64,000 nt of DNA from an uncultured bacterium (GTDB lineage Bacteria > Zixibacteria > MSB-5A5 > CAIYYT01). Below, piece after piece: positions 37,722 to 47,371 of the stretch. A program made the position numbers and the translations under genes. The notes under the pieces are model-generated. The model was given only the letters and a program-made list of their open reading frames with translations. It did not search any database and was not told where the DNA came from. Each line of letters starts with the position of its first letter. Within the stretch, counting starts at the first letter, position 1. Location: positions 61,383-125,382 of the forward strand of contig CAVSCK010000002.1 in the NCBI GenBank assembly GCA_963726455.1, in the 5' to 3' direction.

Positions 37722-39308
37722 ATGGGAGACTTTGACGGACTATCAGAGTTACCGGTACCGATGTCTCAGGCGGCTCACAAGATGTGCTCAGGAACTAATA
37801 CTATTCGGCGTGCTGTATCCGTGCATGTATCGATCGGGCGCCATCGCGCACTTTGGCTGGCGCTGGGCGTAGCACTCGTGGCAGCGTCATGCAGTCTGTT
37901 CGCTGCCGACACGGACAATTTTGCCTCGCAGTCCCTGCCTCAGGACGGAAAGGTGTTGACTGTGACATCGGCCAATTACGATGACAAGGACGGCGCTGAG
38001 CTGATCGTTTTTTCCGCCGATGACCGGGGGCAGAGGCATCTGAAGATCTTCACCGCGAACCCGGCCGGCCTCTACGACACCATTCCGAAAGCCAATTTCG
38101 AATTGCCAACGGGGGTATTCGGCTATCAGATCGTTGATTTCGATTCCGACCGTCGCGATGAGCTGCTCTTACTCGGTCTGGAAGCGGCTTATCTGCTTGA
38201 TTTCGACAAGGGTGGATATGTATCCGGACTGAAGCCCATTGCTTCTTTCGAACGGCTTTTCGGCATCCCGGATCCGAATTTCGTTATCGAATATAAATTC
38301 GCCTTCGATCTTAACGGCGACGGCATTTTCGAACTAATACTTCCAAGCTGGAATGGTGTGCGCCTCCTGCAAAAGAAGGACAATGGTTTTGCGGCTGCGA
38401 AACAAATGGCGCTTACCTACAAGGCGGATGGCGTCAATGATGTCAATGTGCTGAACTGTTCAGGAAATAGCGAAGTCGGTTTTCGTCTGCCGATCATCAC
38501 GGTTATGGATCTCAATACCGACCGAAGCCCTGATTTGCTGGTTGAGACCACTGCCGGTCTGGCGATCTTCTATCAAACCGGCAACATGCAATTTGCTGAT
38601 CGTCCTAATCGCTTTCTGGAGGTCAAGCCGAGTTATCAGCAGAACCTCTTTTTCAGCGCCTCGGGCCTGGCCGATCTCAATAGGGATCGCTTGCTGGACT
38701 ACTGCCGTGTATTCACGCAGAGTTCCGGCGATGAGTTCAAAACCGTCATCGAGATTTTCTTCGGCAACGTGCAGGAGGGTTTCTCATCGCGGCCATCGAA
38801 GCGGATAGTCCTCGATCAATTCGGAGCGGGATTGAGTCTAAAGGACTTGGACAACGACGGCACCGCGTCAATCATTATTGCCACCTTACCGGTGACGCCC
38901 ACCAGTCTGGTAAAGGCATTGCTCGTCAAGGGTATTCCGGTCGAACTGAATGTCTTCGAGGTCGACGGAGGAGTCATTGCCGACCAGCCGGTGACGGTGA
39001 AGCGGGTATCCTGTGGGTTGTCATTTTTCCAGGACCGAATTCCGGCGAAATACCTCGGCTGCGTTGACGGTGACCTGGAGGGCGACCGCTTTAATGACCT
39101 GGTAGTTGTAACGGACGACGAGGAACTCCAGGTATTCCCCGGCGGCCGGAGACCGCTTTTTTCCGATAAGCCGTCGATCGTTCGCAAAGCCAAAGGTGTA
39201 ATATCAGTCGAAGCCAGGCGCTTAAACGGTGACACCAAGGCGGATCTGATACTGCAGGGACGTGATGAGGACGGCCGCGAGACGGTAACTCTGCTGATCA
39301 CGAAATAA
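37722..39308 (+). CDS. FG-GAP/VCBS-repeat exported protein; start uncertain
   Basis: Repeated DLNGDG, DLNTDRSPDL, DLDNDG and DLEGDRFNDL motifs. Confidence 0.85.
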   Translation: MGDFDGLSELPVPMSQAAHKMCSGTNTIRRAVSVHVSIGRHRALWLALGVALVAASCSLFAADTDNFASQSLPQDGKVLTVTSANYDDKDGAELIVFSADDRGQRHLKIFTANPAGLYDTIPKANFELPTGVFGYQIVDFDSDRRDELLLLGLEAAYLLDFDKGGYVSGLKPIASFERLFGIPDPNFVIEYKFAFDLNGDGIFELILPSWNGVRLLQKKDNGFAAAKQMALTYKADGVNDVNVLNCSGNSEVGFRLPIITVMDLNTDRSPDLLVETTAGLAIFYQTGNMQFADRPNRFLEVKPSYQQNLFFSASGLADLNRDRLLDYCRVFTQSSGDEFKTVIEIFFGNVQEGFSSRPSKRIVLDQFGAGLSLKDLDNDGTASIIIATLPVTPTSLVKALLVKGIPVELNVFEVDGGVIADQPVTVKRVSCGLSFFQDRIPAKYLGCVDGDLEGDRFNDLVVVTDDEELQVFPGGRRPLFSDKPSIVRKAKGVISVEARRLNGDTKADLILQGRDEDGRETVTLLITK

Positions 39309-39394
39309 TCAAACTATTTGACATTGAGGAGTCGCCGACATAACTTCCCCTGTGGTTTGTGAGGAGTTAAAGCAACACAAAAGGAAGTAGCATT

Positions 39395-39586
39395 ATGGAG
39401 TCGACGTACCCCGACTGTCTCAAGTGCAAGACAGGTAAGTTGTTACCGCTCTCGGATTATGGTCGTGAGGGAGCCACGATCCGCTACAAGGCTTGGGCTT
39501 GTTCCAACCCTGATTGCGGATTCAATTTGCGCATTGATAACGGCGAAATTTCGTTCGGCAAGACTATTCTGCAATCGAACAAGTAG
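39395..39586 (+). CDS. small zinc-finger protein
   Basis: CLKC...CSNPDC; RBS AAGGA. Confidence 0.8.
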   Translation: MESTYPDCLKCKTGKLLPLSDYGREGATIRYKAWACSNPDCGFNLRIDNGEISFGKTILQSNK

Positions 39587-39600
39587 TCGCTTAACCCTGG

Positions 39601-40536
39601 GTGAGGGGCGAGTTGAAGTTTAACCCCCTTCGCAATATTGTCCTGAAAGTCAGTGCCCTCGCACTGGCGCTTCTCTTGTGGGTCCATGTAGCCACCAACA
39701 AGACCTATGAGTATCAGTTGGACCTGCCGCTGCGGGTCATCAACGTCCCCGACGGCCTAGTGCTCCTTTCAGATATTCCGCATACCGCGGCAGTCAAAGT
39801 GCGTGCCACCGGCAAACAACTACTGCTGCTTTCCAGTTCCGACCCCATCATCTTAGTCAACTGCGCCGATGCCAAATCGGGCACGACGGAGCGGCCGATC
39901 AGCAGCGCGGAACTGATTGAAGCATTGGGCAGATCATTTGACTTCGCCGAGGTGACGGTGCCTCGAACTCTGGAACTGAAGTTCGAACGCCGGCTCGAGA
40001 AACTGGTGCAGATACGTTCGGCAATTCGCGCCGAGCCGGGACCGGGCTTTGCGCTGCTTTCAAATCCGCATGTTGATCCAGACACGATAACTGTTTCCGG
40101 ACCGGTGTCAGTGCTGCGGCAACTCCGCTTTCTGGAGACCAGCCCCAAACCGTTTCTCGGTTTGACGTCGGCACTGAATCAAAAAGTAAGTCTGGCATTG
40201 CCCGAGTCGCTCAAAATCAGCGTTCGGGATTCATCCGTAACCGTTCAGGTGGAAGTAGAGACCGCGCAGCAGAAAGTATTCTCTAATCTGACGATAATTC
40301 CTCCGCCGGGATTTCCCTCGGGAAGATACGACATCGTTCCGTCTCACTTAACGGTGACTGCCAACATTCCCCAGTCGAAGTATCGTTTTGTGAATGCCGC
40401 TGATATCGGCGTATCATTTCGACGACCGCTGTTGTCGAGCGATACCGTCAAGGCCGCTCTTGAGTATTCGCTTCCGGATGGTGTCGGTATCGCCGGAGCG
40501 CGGCTCGACTCGGTCATGTTGATCAGAAAACCATGA
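39601..40536 (+). CDS. YbbR/CdaR-like domain membrane protein
   Basis: LKVSALALALLLW.+V; V.P..ITVSGP motif. Confidence 0.82.
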   Translation: MRGELKFNPLRNIVLKVSALALALLLWVHVATNKTYEYQLDLPLRVINVPDGLVLLSDIPHTAAVKVRATGKQLLLLSSSDPIILVNCADAKSGTTERPISSAELIEALGRSFDFAEVTVPRTLELKFERRLEKLVQIRSAIRAEPGPGFALLSNPHVDPDTITVSGPVSVLRQLRFLETSPKPFLGLTSALNQKVSLALPESLKISVRDSSVTVQVEVETAQQKVFSNLTIIPPPGFPSGRYDIVPSHLTVTANIPQSKYRFVNAADIGVSFRRPLLSSDTVKAALEYSLPDGVGIAGARLDSVMLIRKP

Positions 40537-41534
40537 AAGTTCTAGGCATCGAAACCTCCTGTGACGAAACCGCCGTGTCGGTCGTCGAGGATGGCTCCAA
40601 AGTTCTGGCCGAATTTGTTTATTCGCAGGTCGAACATTCTGAATTCGGGGGCATCGTTCCGGAAATCGCCTCGCGTCAGCAGTTGCGCAAGATCAACCCG
40701 CTTTTCGAGGCCTGCAATGCGGCCTATCCGATTTCGCCGAAAACTATCGATGGCGTCGCCGTAACCTATGGCCCCGGATTGATCGGGTCGCTTCTGGTCG
40801 GCCTCAACTTCGCCAAAGCATTGGCCTATGGCTGGCAGTTGCCGCTAATTGGCATCAATCATCTGGAAGGCCACATCTTCGCAAACCTGCTGTCGGATGA
40901 CTCCGTTCGACCGCCGTTTGTCTGCCTTATAGTGTCCGGCGGTCACACTCTCCTCGTCAAGGTCAACGACTGGTGCGACTATCAGGTCTTGGGATCAACG
41001 CGAGATGATGCAGCCGGTGAAGCGTACGATAAGGTTGCTAAGGTGCTCGGACTGGGTTATCCGGGCGGACATCAGATTGACAACCTCGCCAAATCGGGTG
41101 ATCGCAGTTTCCATCGTTTCCCGATTGCCCGGTTCAAAGCGGGGGAGTATCAGTTTTCATTTTCCGGTCTCAAGACGTCGGTTGCGCTATACCTGAAGGG
41201 AAAGGACGAGACGTTCAAGCAACAGCATCTGGCCGACATCTGTGCGTCGTTTCAGGAGTGCGTAGTGGAAATGCTGGTTACTCCCACATTGAACGCCGCC
41301 GTCGATCTGGGGATGAAAATGATCGCCGTAGGGGGAGGGGTCGCTGCTAATTCGCGTTTGCGTGAGGTGTTTCACCAGCGCGCCTCGCAATATGGGATCA
41401 AAGTCTTCTTTCCGGAGTTTCGTTACTGCACGGATAACGCTGCGATGATTGCTGCTGCAGGGTGTTTTCGATTCGCGAAGGGCCAGGGCTCAGATTACAA
41501 TCTTACGGCCACGCCTTACTTGCCGTTATCCTAA
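40533..41534 (+). CDS. tsaD: tRNA N6-threonylcarbamoyladenosine transferase
   Basis: LGIETSCDET, GGIVPEIASR, GPGLIGSL, HLEGH, VSGGHT, DDAAGEAYDK, CTDNAAMI. Confidence 0.97.
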   Translation: MKVLGIETSCDETAVSVVEDGSKVLAEFVYSQVEHSEFGGIVPEIASRQQLRKINPLFEACNAAYPISPKTIDGVAVTYGPGLIGSLLVGLNFAKALAYGWQLPLIGINHLEGHIFANLLSDDSVRPPFVCLIVSGGHTLLVKVNDWCDYQVLGSTRDDAAGEAYDKVAKVLGLGYPGGHQIDNLAKSGDRSFHRFPIARFKAGEYQFSFSGLKTSVALYLKGKDETFKQQHLADICASFQECVVEMLVTPTLNAAVDLGMKMIAVGGGVAANSRLREVFHQRASQYGIKVFFPEFRYCTDNAAMIAAAGCFRFAKGQGSDYNLTATPYLPLS

Positions 41535-41552
41535 ATTGGCCGCTCATTTCAT

Positions 41553-42221
41553 TCAATGGGCAGCTATGAAGCTGTCCAACTCGGCGTGCCAGGCATCAGG
41601 TTCGAAAGTCCCCGGAGTGGTATCCTCTCCCAATAAGAGATCCACCATATAACGCGGTTTCCTGCCGCCGATGTACATGGACTTGCTGCACGATACGCAA
41701 TAGGTGACGACGTCGTCCGCCGGCATTTCACTTGCCCGCCTCTTCATCTGTTTCTCCACTCGCTTGACCGGCAGGGTTCCGTAGAAACTGTCGCCGCAAC
41801 AGGTGCTCTTGGTTTTAGTGTGAGCGGGTTCAACCACTGCGACGTTCATTCGCCTGAGCAGGGCCCTGATGGTAACATGTATTATATCTTGATCGCGGGT
41901 CGGACAGGCATCGAGGACAGCCATCTTCCTGCCGCCGTAGTCGGGGAAAGGGAAAGTTGTACTTTTCGCGAGGACTTCCCACAAGGAAACCGTGGTGATA
42001 CCTTCATACAGTTCCCGATACCGCTTGTCGCATCCGGCACAAGTGTTAACGATCTCCGTACCGGTGGGCAGCTCGGGCTCGTGTCGGCAGCAGGTCAGGT
42101 GTTGGTCTATTTCGCCGAATTCGCGATAAAGGCAACTCAACATCCTGGCAGCCAGTTGCGGCTTGTAGATCATCAGCGCACAGCCCGGTGCGAATACTCT
42201 CTTCACGAGATAGTCTCCCAA
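41553..42221 (-). CDS. (Fe-S)-binding CCG-domain protein
   Basis: FAPGC, CC, CAGC, DACP, TCCG, YCVSC. Confidence 0.85.
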   Translation of the reverse strand: MGDYLVKRVFAPGCALMIYKPQLAARMLSCLYREFGEIDQHLTCCRHEPELPTGTEIVNTCAGCDKRYRELYEGITTVSLWEVLAKSTTFPFPDYGGRKMAVLDACPTRDQDIIHVTIRALLRRMNVAVVEPAHTKTKSTCCGDSFYGTLPVKRVEKQMKRRASEMPADDVVTYCVSCSKSMYIGGRKPRYMVDLLLGEDTTPGTFEPDAWHAELDSFIAAH

Positions 42222-42237
42222 ATGAAGGGGCGATTGA

Positions 42238-42780
42238 TCAATCGAAAAGGGTCACGGTCGACCCAGCGAGTACCTTCTGCTCGTGGTCAAGCAGCCAGCG
42301 TTTCCTCCAAAGGCCGCCGCCGTAGCCACGGAGATTCCCATTTGCTTCGATGATGCGATGGCAGGGAACGATGATCGAGATTCGGTTTGCTCCATTGGCG
42401 CGTCCGACTGCGCGCGATGCCAGCGGCCGGCCGACCGCCGCCGCGACTTCGCCGTAGGAGCGAGTCTTGCCCAGGGGGGTCGCCAGCAATTCGCGCCAGA
42501 CCGACATCTCGAACGGCGTGCCGGCCATATCGAGCAGTAAATCGAATGTCGATCGGTCGCGCGCGAAATACTCGTTTAGCTCGGCGATCGCTTGCTGGTT
42601 AAAATCATTATGACCCATGACGGTGTCCTGACGATACCGTGTTTCAATTGCGTGGCGGATCTTATCGACGCCACCGCGGTCATGAAACTCCAGAAGGCAG
42701 CAACCCTTGTCGGTTGAACCAACAATCATCATTCCTATCGGTGACTCAACATTTGTGCAAATAACTCGGCTAGCTGACAT
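42238..42780 (-). CDS. ogt: methylated-DNA--protein-cysteine methyltransferase
   Basis: GTPF...VW, SYGEVA, RAVG.ANG.N, PCHR, GYGGG. Confidence 0.95.
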   Translation of the reverse strand: MSASRVICTNVESPIGMMIVGSTDKGCCLLEFHDRGGVDKIRHAIETRYRQDTVMGHNDFNQQAIAELNEYFARDRSTFDLLLDMAGTPFEMSVWRELLATPLGKTRSYGEVAAAVGRPLASRAVGRANGANRISIIVPCHRIIEANGNLRGYGGGLWRKRWLLDHEQKVLAGSTVTLFD

Positions 42781-43312
42781 GGTTCCTCCTTGGCGTAACG
42801 CCAAACTCCCGCTTGTAGGCCTCACGGAAGCCGCTGGCGGATTCAAATCCGCTCTCAAACGCCACCGTGAGGTAGTTGACGCCGCTTTCGATCATTTTGC
42901 GGGCATGTTCCAGGCGCATTTTTCTGTGGAAGGCCGTCGGCGTGGCGGCAAATTGCGACTTGAAGTAACGCCTAATGGTCGAAACATCCACACCAGCGGA
43001 GTTCACCAAGTCGCCCTCGTCCAGGTGGCGCGACAGATTCGAACGCATCAGGTCGATTACCCCATCGAACCACTTGGGAGCAGTATTGGGAAAATTCGCC
43101 GCCCGGCAGCGTTTGCATCCCCGGAATCCCAATTGTAATGCCTGCGCCCTCGATGCGGCAAGAATGATGTTCTTCAACATTGGTTTCTTCGCCTTGCAGG
43201 AGGGGAGGCAGTAGATCATGGTTGAGCGGACGCAGACAAAGAAACGCCCGTCGTATTCTGAATCCCGCGCCATCATCGCCCGGACCATCTCTTGATTCGA
43301 CAGCTTCGTCAT
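42770..43312 (-). CDS. adaA: Ada metal-binding domain + AraC HTH (AdaA-like regulator)
   Basis: RDSEYDGRFF, YCLPSC, GFRGCKRC; AFESGFESASGF. Confidence 0.9.
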   Translation of the reverse strand: MTKLSNQEMVRAMMARDSEYDGRFFVCVRSTMIYCLPSCKAKKPMLKNIILAASRAQALQLGFRGCKRCRAANFPNTAPKWFDGVIDLMRSNLSRHLDEGDLVNSAGVDVSTIRRYFKSQFAATPTAFHRKMRLEHARKMIESGVNYLTVAFESGFESASGFREAYKREFGVTPRRNHVS

Positions 43313-43398
43313 GACGACAAAATACGGAGGTGTAGTATCTAGAATCTACCGAAATTCGTGCAGGGAAGTGCGATTATGGGGTTGAAGCCAATCAAAAA

Positions 43399-43472
<74 letters not shown>

Positions 43473-44561
43473 ATTACGCGATTGCACTATACGGAGCGTT
43501 GCCGGATTTTGTCAAGCAGTTTTTGGGCGGCTCAGCATCACGGTAAACGCCTAACCGGGCTGTTCGCTCGGCTGTGGCGGGGTCGCCCAACCGAGAATAG
43601 CCCTTTCGCGAAGTTTCGCAGGTCGGAACAGAGTGCCGTCATTTTCGTCCCGCATGACAACCAGCGGTAGTGGAGGGTCGGCGACAGAATAGGAACTGCG
43701 GTCATCGAACGCCACCAACCGCCAGTGCAGGCCCGGCTTAAGGTGCAGAACTAACATCTTGACCACCTCTCTTGAAGACTGTCTGGGAAAGCCCTTGCTT
43801 CTCCCAAAGGAAATACGCAACAGGCCCCTATCAGTTCGAAAAAAAGAGTTCGCGGGCTGAAATTTGCACAGGCCGCGATGCAGACGCGCATGCGGCAGCG
43901 GGAAATGAATGAGGACGTGAAATCGTAGATCTGGCGTGCGCATAGACATGCTTCAATTCTGATTTTCCGGCGACGAAAATGGGGGAGTCGAGAATTTTGA
44001 GTAGCCATCTACCTGAGGAAGGAGTTCGCGTCGCGATGCAAATCTCCGTCGACGGACATCTTGTCAATAGTTTTGTCAAAAACTTTTTCATTAGAAGTAC
44101 GATTTTCCAAAAAAAATTCTGCTTCGCCTGACGTCTCGCCGAGGGACGCCTTCGGTCTTCCGGAGTGGTGGTCGAGGAACAGAAATGGAGAAAGTGATTC
44201 CCACCCTCGACCCTGAGTGAGGTCACGATTCACCTCAGGTGGGCCGCGTCTTCGACTCTGTGAGTTCATTCAGTGTCGAGAAGCGCAAAACCATGTACAT
44301 CAAATTCGTCAAGCCAGTAGCGGTTCAAATGCGATACGATCGTTTCAGCCATGTCATTGAGACATCGAAGACGAGGGAGTAGAGCATCGTAGAATATCCC
44401 ATTGAGCGACCCGACTCATCGTCTCGATGTGTTCACTTCGATCGCAAGTTGGGTGGAAGAAACGTATCACGTGAAGAAGGAAGGTGATGACGACTTGATC
44501 GCCGGAACGAGGTCACTGAAGAAAATTTGTCATCAGAACGCATTTCATAAAAAGTTTTTTG

Positions 44562-44589
44562 TTGATTTCGTATTTGTTTACGGTACACT
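44562..44589 (+). promoter_or_regulatory. sigma70-type promoter with AT-rich UP element
   Basis: TTGATT-N16-TACACT preceded by AAAAAGTTTTTT. Confidence 0.45.
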
Positions 44590-44749
44590 CTCCTCTTGTA
44601 GATATGTTCTGGCAAACGATGTTGATAAGAACTGACCAAGTAACATTAGGACAACGCTGCAATGTTGCCCGGTTCTTCGCAACATCACAATTGTACTCGA
44701 CAGTAGTTGAGTCACAATAAACCCTAAACACATTCCAAAGGAGTTGGTC

Positions 44750-44827
44750 ATGCCAGCTAAGAAGAAACCAGCAGCCAAGAAGAAAGCTGCCAAGAAGCCG
44801 GCCGCCAAGAAGGGCGCGAAGAAGTAA
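44750..44827 (+). CDS. 25-aa Lys/Ala/Pro-rich histone-H1-tail-like microprotein
   Basis: MPAKKKPAAKKKAAKKPAAKKGAKK; RBS AAGGAG 6 nt upstream; synonymous variation between repeats; below the ORF-track size cut-off. Confidence 0.8.
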   Translation: MPAKKKPAAKKKAAKKPAAKKGAKK

Positions 44828-44945
44828 ATCTTCTTTGCAGTACCTACCGGAGCTGTGAAGGGTCAGTCGGCTGGATCAAGGATTGATCGCAACTGACCAC
44901 GACAATTCGAAAACGTTCTCACAGACTTCGGTGCGACGAACTTTC

Positions 44946-44983
44946 CATTAACCCGCGCCAGTGATGGCGCGGGTTAATGTTTT
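44946..44983 (+). terminator. intrinsic terminator
   Basis: 15-bp perfect stem CATTAACCCGCGCCA-GTGA-TGGCGCGGGTTAATG then TTTT. Confidence 0.8.
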
Positions 44984-45116
44984 AGGGGCCTATTAGGCCG
45001 GTATCGGCGGGGCAAGGCGCCAAACGCCGAAAGCGGGGTGGCAAACATCACTTGACCCACAAATCCAGAGCCGCTAACTTCGGGCAATCGCCATAAACGG
45101 AAAAGTCACATACAGC

Positions 45117-46274
45117 ATGCTGATTCTTGACGGACACTGCCGCCCCATCGATAAACTGCCTGCCCGGCCACTTGCTGCGGTCCTGAACTCACGGCAGTCA
45201 AAGCGCCCCTGCAACCGAGACGGTTGGGTTACCTCGACTCAGAAGGCCGTCGATTATCTGATCGCGCACGAATATTCGGTCATTACTTCGATTGGCCTCA
45301 ACACTTGGGAATTGGTGGTCCATCTCGTGAATGTGCGGGGTGGTTCGCAAGTGGTCATCCTTCCGCCGGATGAAAAAGACAAGCTCGAGTGTCAGGTGAG
45401 GGAAGTAATTTCTGACTTCCAACTCGATCCCGAGCGGTGCACGTTCATCGTCTTCTCCCCTGAGGTAGAGAATCGCCGACAACCGAAGGTATCCTGGCCG
45501 GAACGCGATTTGATGGCTATCGACCTCGCCGAACTGGCGGTTCCGGTGTCGTTGCGTCCCAACGGCACCTTGAAGACGCTCGTTGACCGTGCGAGTGCCT
45601 CCGGCAAGAGTATCCTCGACGACTTTCGCGCCGAGTACCGGCCAGCGTCAGATCTTGTCAAATATGATTTTGACGGCCTGGTTCTGAATCCTGAGCTTGG
45701 CGAGGAGGGATGGAATTATCTCACTCATTGGACTAGATCATCGCACGGCCGGTATTCACGGGAGACCAGCCACGATTATTATAGAGATATCATCGGACAT
45801 GACACCTACCCACGCTCAGCACTGCATACTCTGTCTAGAATTATTGATGAGGGGGTTATACACGGTTCCGGCAGGTTCATTCGCGGAGGCATACCGGTCG
45901 TATCGTTTACCGGTTTGCCGCCGTCGGAGGCGGTTACGCTGATGCGCTGGCGGCGTCGGTATGTGTATTGGAATTTCGAGCCGTACGGAGTGGCAATTCA
46001 TGTCGACGCGGCTCGTGCTGCGGGAATTCGTCCGGTCTGTTACGGTGACGGTGAGCTCTATGAGCAATTGCCCGTCGATCACCGGCCGTTCTTTCAGAAT
46101 GCCGGCTCGGAAATTGCCGACTGGCGTCCAGAGGCGGAATGGCGGCATATCGGCGATCTGAATCTGCGGCATCTGCCTGCGGACTCCGTCCGCCTGATCA
46201 CATTCAAATGTGGTGAAGCTGCGACATTGCAGAAGAACACGAAGTGGCAGGTCATACCGCTGACAATCGACTGA
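45117..46274 (+). CDS. hypothetical protein; N-terminal DprA/SLOG-like and C-terminal ADP-ribosyltransferase/AbiGi-like motifs
   Basis: Long ORF; LTHWTR, L.RII.EG, VVSFT, PYGVAI, GIRPV.Y, EAEWR; N-terminal WPERD...I..A...VPVSLRPNG. Confidence 0.7.
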   Translation: MLILDGHCRPIDKLPARPLAAVLNSRQSKRPCNRDGWVTSTQKAVDYLIAHEYSVITSIGLNTWELVVHLVNVRGGSQVVILPPDEKDKLECQVREVISDFQLDPERCTFIVFSPEVENRRQPKVSWPERDLMAIDLAELAVPVSLRPNGTLKTLVDRASASGKSILDDFRAEYRPASDLVKYDFDGLVLNPELGEEGWNYLTHWTRSSHGRYSRETSHDYYRDIIGHDTYPRSALHTLSRIIDEGVIHGSGRFIRGGIPVVSFTGLPPSEAVTLMRWRRRYVYWNFEPYGVAIHVDAARAAGIRPVCYGDGELYEQLPVDHRPFFQNAGSEIADWRPEAEWRHIGDLNLRHLPADSVRLITFKCGEAATLQKNTKWQVIPLTID

Positions 46275-46336
46275 AAACAGGTCTCTGAGAGATAATTGGG
46301 GCTACTGAAGCGGGTAAAAGTCCAAGCGAATGATCT

Positions 46337-46804
46337 TCAGAATTGCATGCGGTCGAATGTCTCTTTGGTGCGGGGCATCAAAGGCGAGTTTTGCTGATAG
46401 TCGTCTTTGTCCTTTTGCTGGTTATAGATGCGCATGCGTACAGTGAAATCCTGGCAGGCCTGGCAGCGACGGATATTGCCGGCTTTGTCCTTGGCGACAC
46501 GGCGGGTGTGCTTGTGGTTGGGGGCGAACACCTGCTTGCCGATGATTTCATACCCCTGTGAGTGGTCGTGGTCGTTGTGCCACTTTACGCCTTGGACAAC
46601 ACGTGAGTTGCTGGCGTCGTAGATTGTCGCGCCGGGGCACTCGATAACGACAAAATCGTTTGCGTTCTGGTAATCACGAGAAGCAGAAGTGAAGAAGTTG
46701 TAGTAGTCGCCGTACTTCTCGTTACAGGGAAGACAGAGAAAGACCCCTTTGAATTCCCGCATCGGTTTCCCGCAGATATGACACCGTTCCGCCTTGTCCG
46801 CCAC
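46337..46804 (-). CDS. hypothetical Cys/His-rich zinc-binding protein
   Basis: CHIC, CLPC, HNDHDH, CQAC; GTG start with purine-rich RBS; clean codon usage. Confidence 0.75.
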   Translation of the reverse strand: MADKAERCHICGKPMREFKGVFLCLPCNEKYGDYYNFFTSASRDYQNANDFVVIECPGATIYDASNSRVVQGVKWHNDHDHSQGYEIIGKQVFAPNHKHTRRVAKDKAGNIRRCQACQDFTVRMRIYNQQKDKDDYQQNSPLMPRTKETFDRMQF

Positions 46805-46809
46805 TTTCC

Positions 46810-46983
46810 TTACCTCTTGGACTCATGCCGTCCGAGTATCAACTGCGGCAAATCGACAAAGCGGCAACTGTCGCCAACGACGACGAGATTACATTTTGGG
46901 CATTCCTTCTTGCCGTCGTTCTTGACCAGTTTGACGCCGCAAAGCGGGCAATGCGTTTTCCGGTTTCTTCGCCATGGTCGCAT
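46810..46983 (-). CDS. 57-aa zinc ribbon protein (absent from the ORF track)
   Basis: MRPWRRNRKTHCPLCGVKLVKNDGKKECPKCNLVVVGDSCRFVDLPQLILGRHESKR; RBS AGGA; ends 6 nt before the next start. Confidence 0.7.
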   Translation of the reverse strand: MRPWRRNRKTHCPLCGVKLVKNDGKKECPKCNLVVVGDSCRFVDLPQLILGRHESKR

Positions 46984-47040
46984 GGTCTGTTCCTACCGTT
47001 TCTGCCGAATTGCATTACGAACAGGTGGCTCGACTTCCAC

Positions 47041-47361
47041 CTATCCTCTGAGCAGGAGAATTCCTGAGAACACCGCCGCTGTGACCGGGAGCACGTGATA
47101 AAAAGAGAATGGCAACAGCCAGGCGCCAACAAAAGCCAGGGCCACCGCCGGAATCACCACGCAGCGCAAGATGTCGAATGACAACTTGACCATTCGCCAC
47201 AGCACCAGCATGCCGAGAATCCCGAATGTTAAATAGAGTGCCAGCGTGGCAGTCATGCCCAGGCCGGCGACCAACTCGCCGTGGAGCCCGATTAGTCTCT
47301 CTGTCAATCCCCCGGACAAAGAAGTGAGCCCCGCCGACAGCGCTTTCCACCCACCGAACAT
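47041..47361 (-). CDS. small multi-pass membrane protein
   Basis: Three hydrophobic segments; ATG 47361 after GAGGA. Confidence 0.75.
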   Translation of the reverse strand: MFGGWKALSAGLTSLSGGLTERLIGLHGELVAGLGMTATLALYLTFGILGMLVLWRMVKLSFDILRCVVIPAVALAFVGAWLLPFSFYHVLPVTAAVFSGILLLRG

Positions 47362-47371
47362 TGTGTTCCTC

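Noticed and set aside
44578-44808. 76-aa minus-strand ORF MAAGFLAAFF...
   Set aside because: It is the antisense shadow of the Lys/Ala-rich microprotein, which has the RBS.
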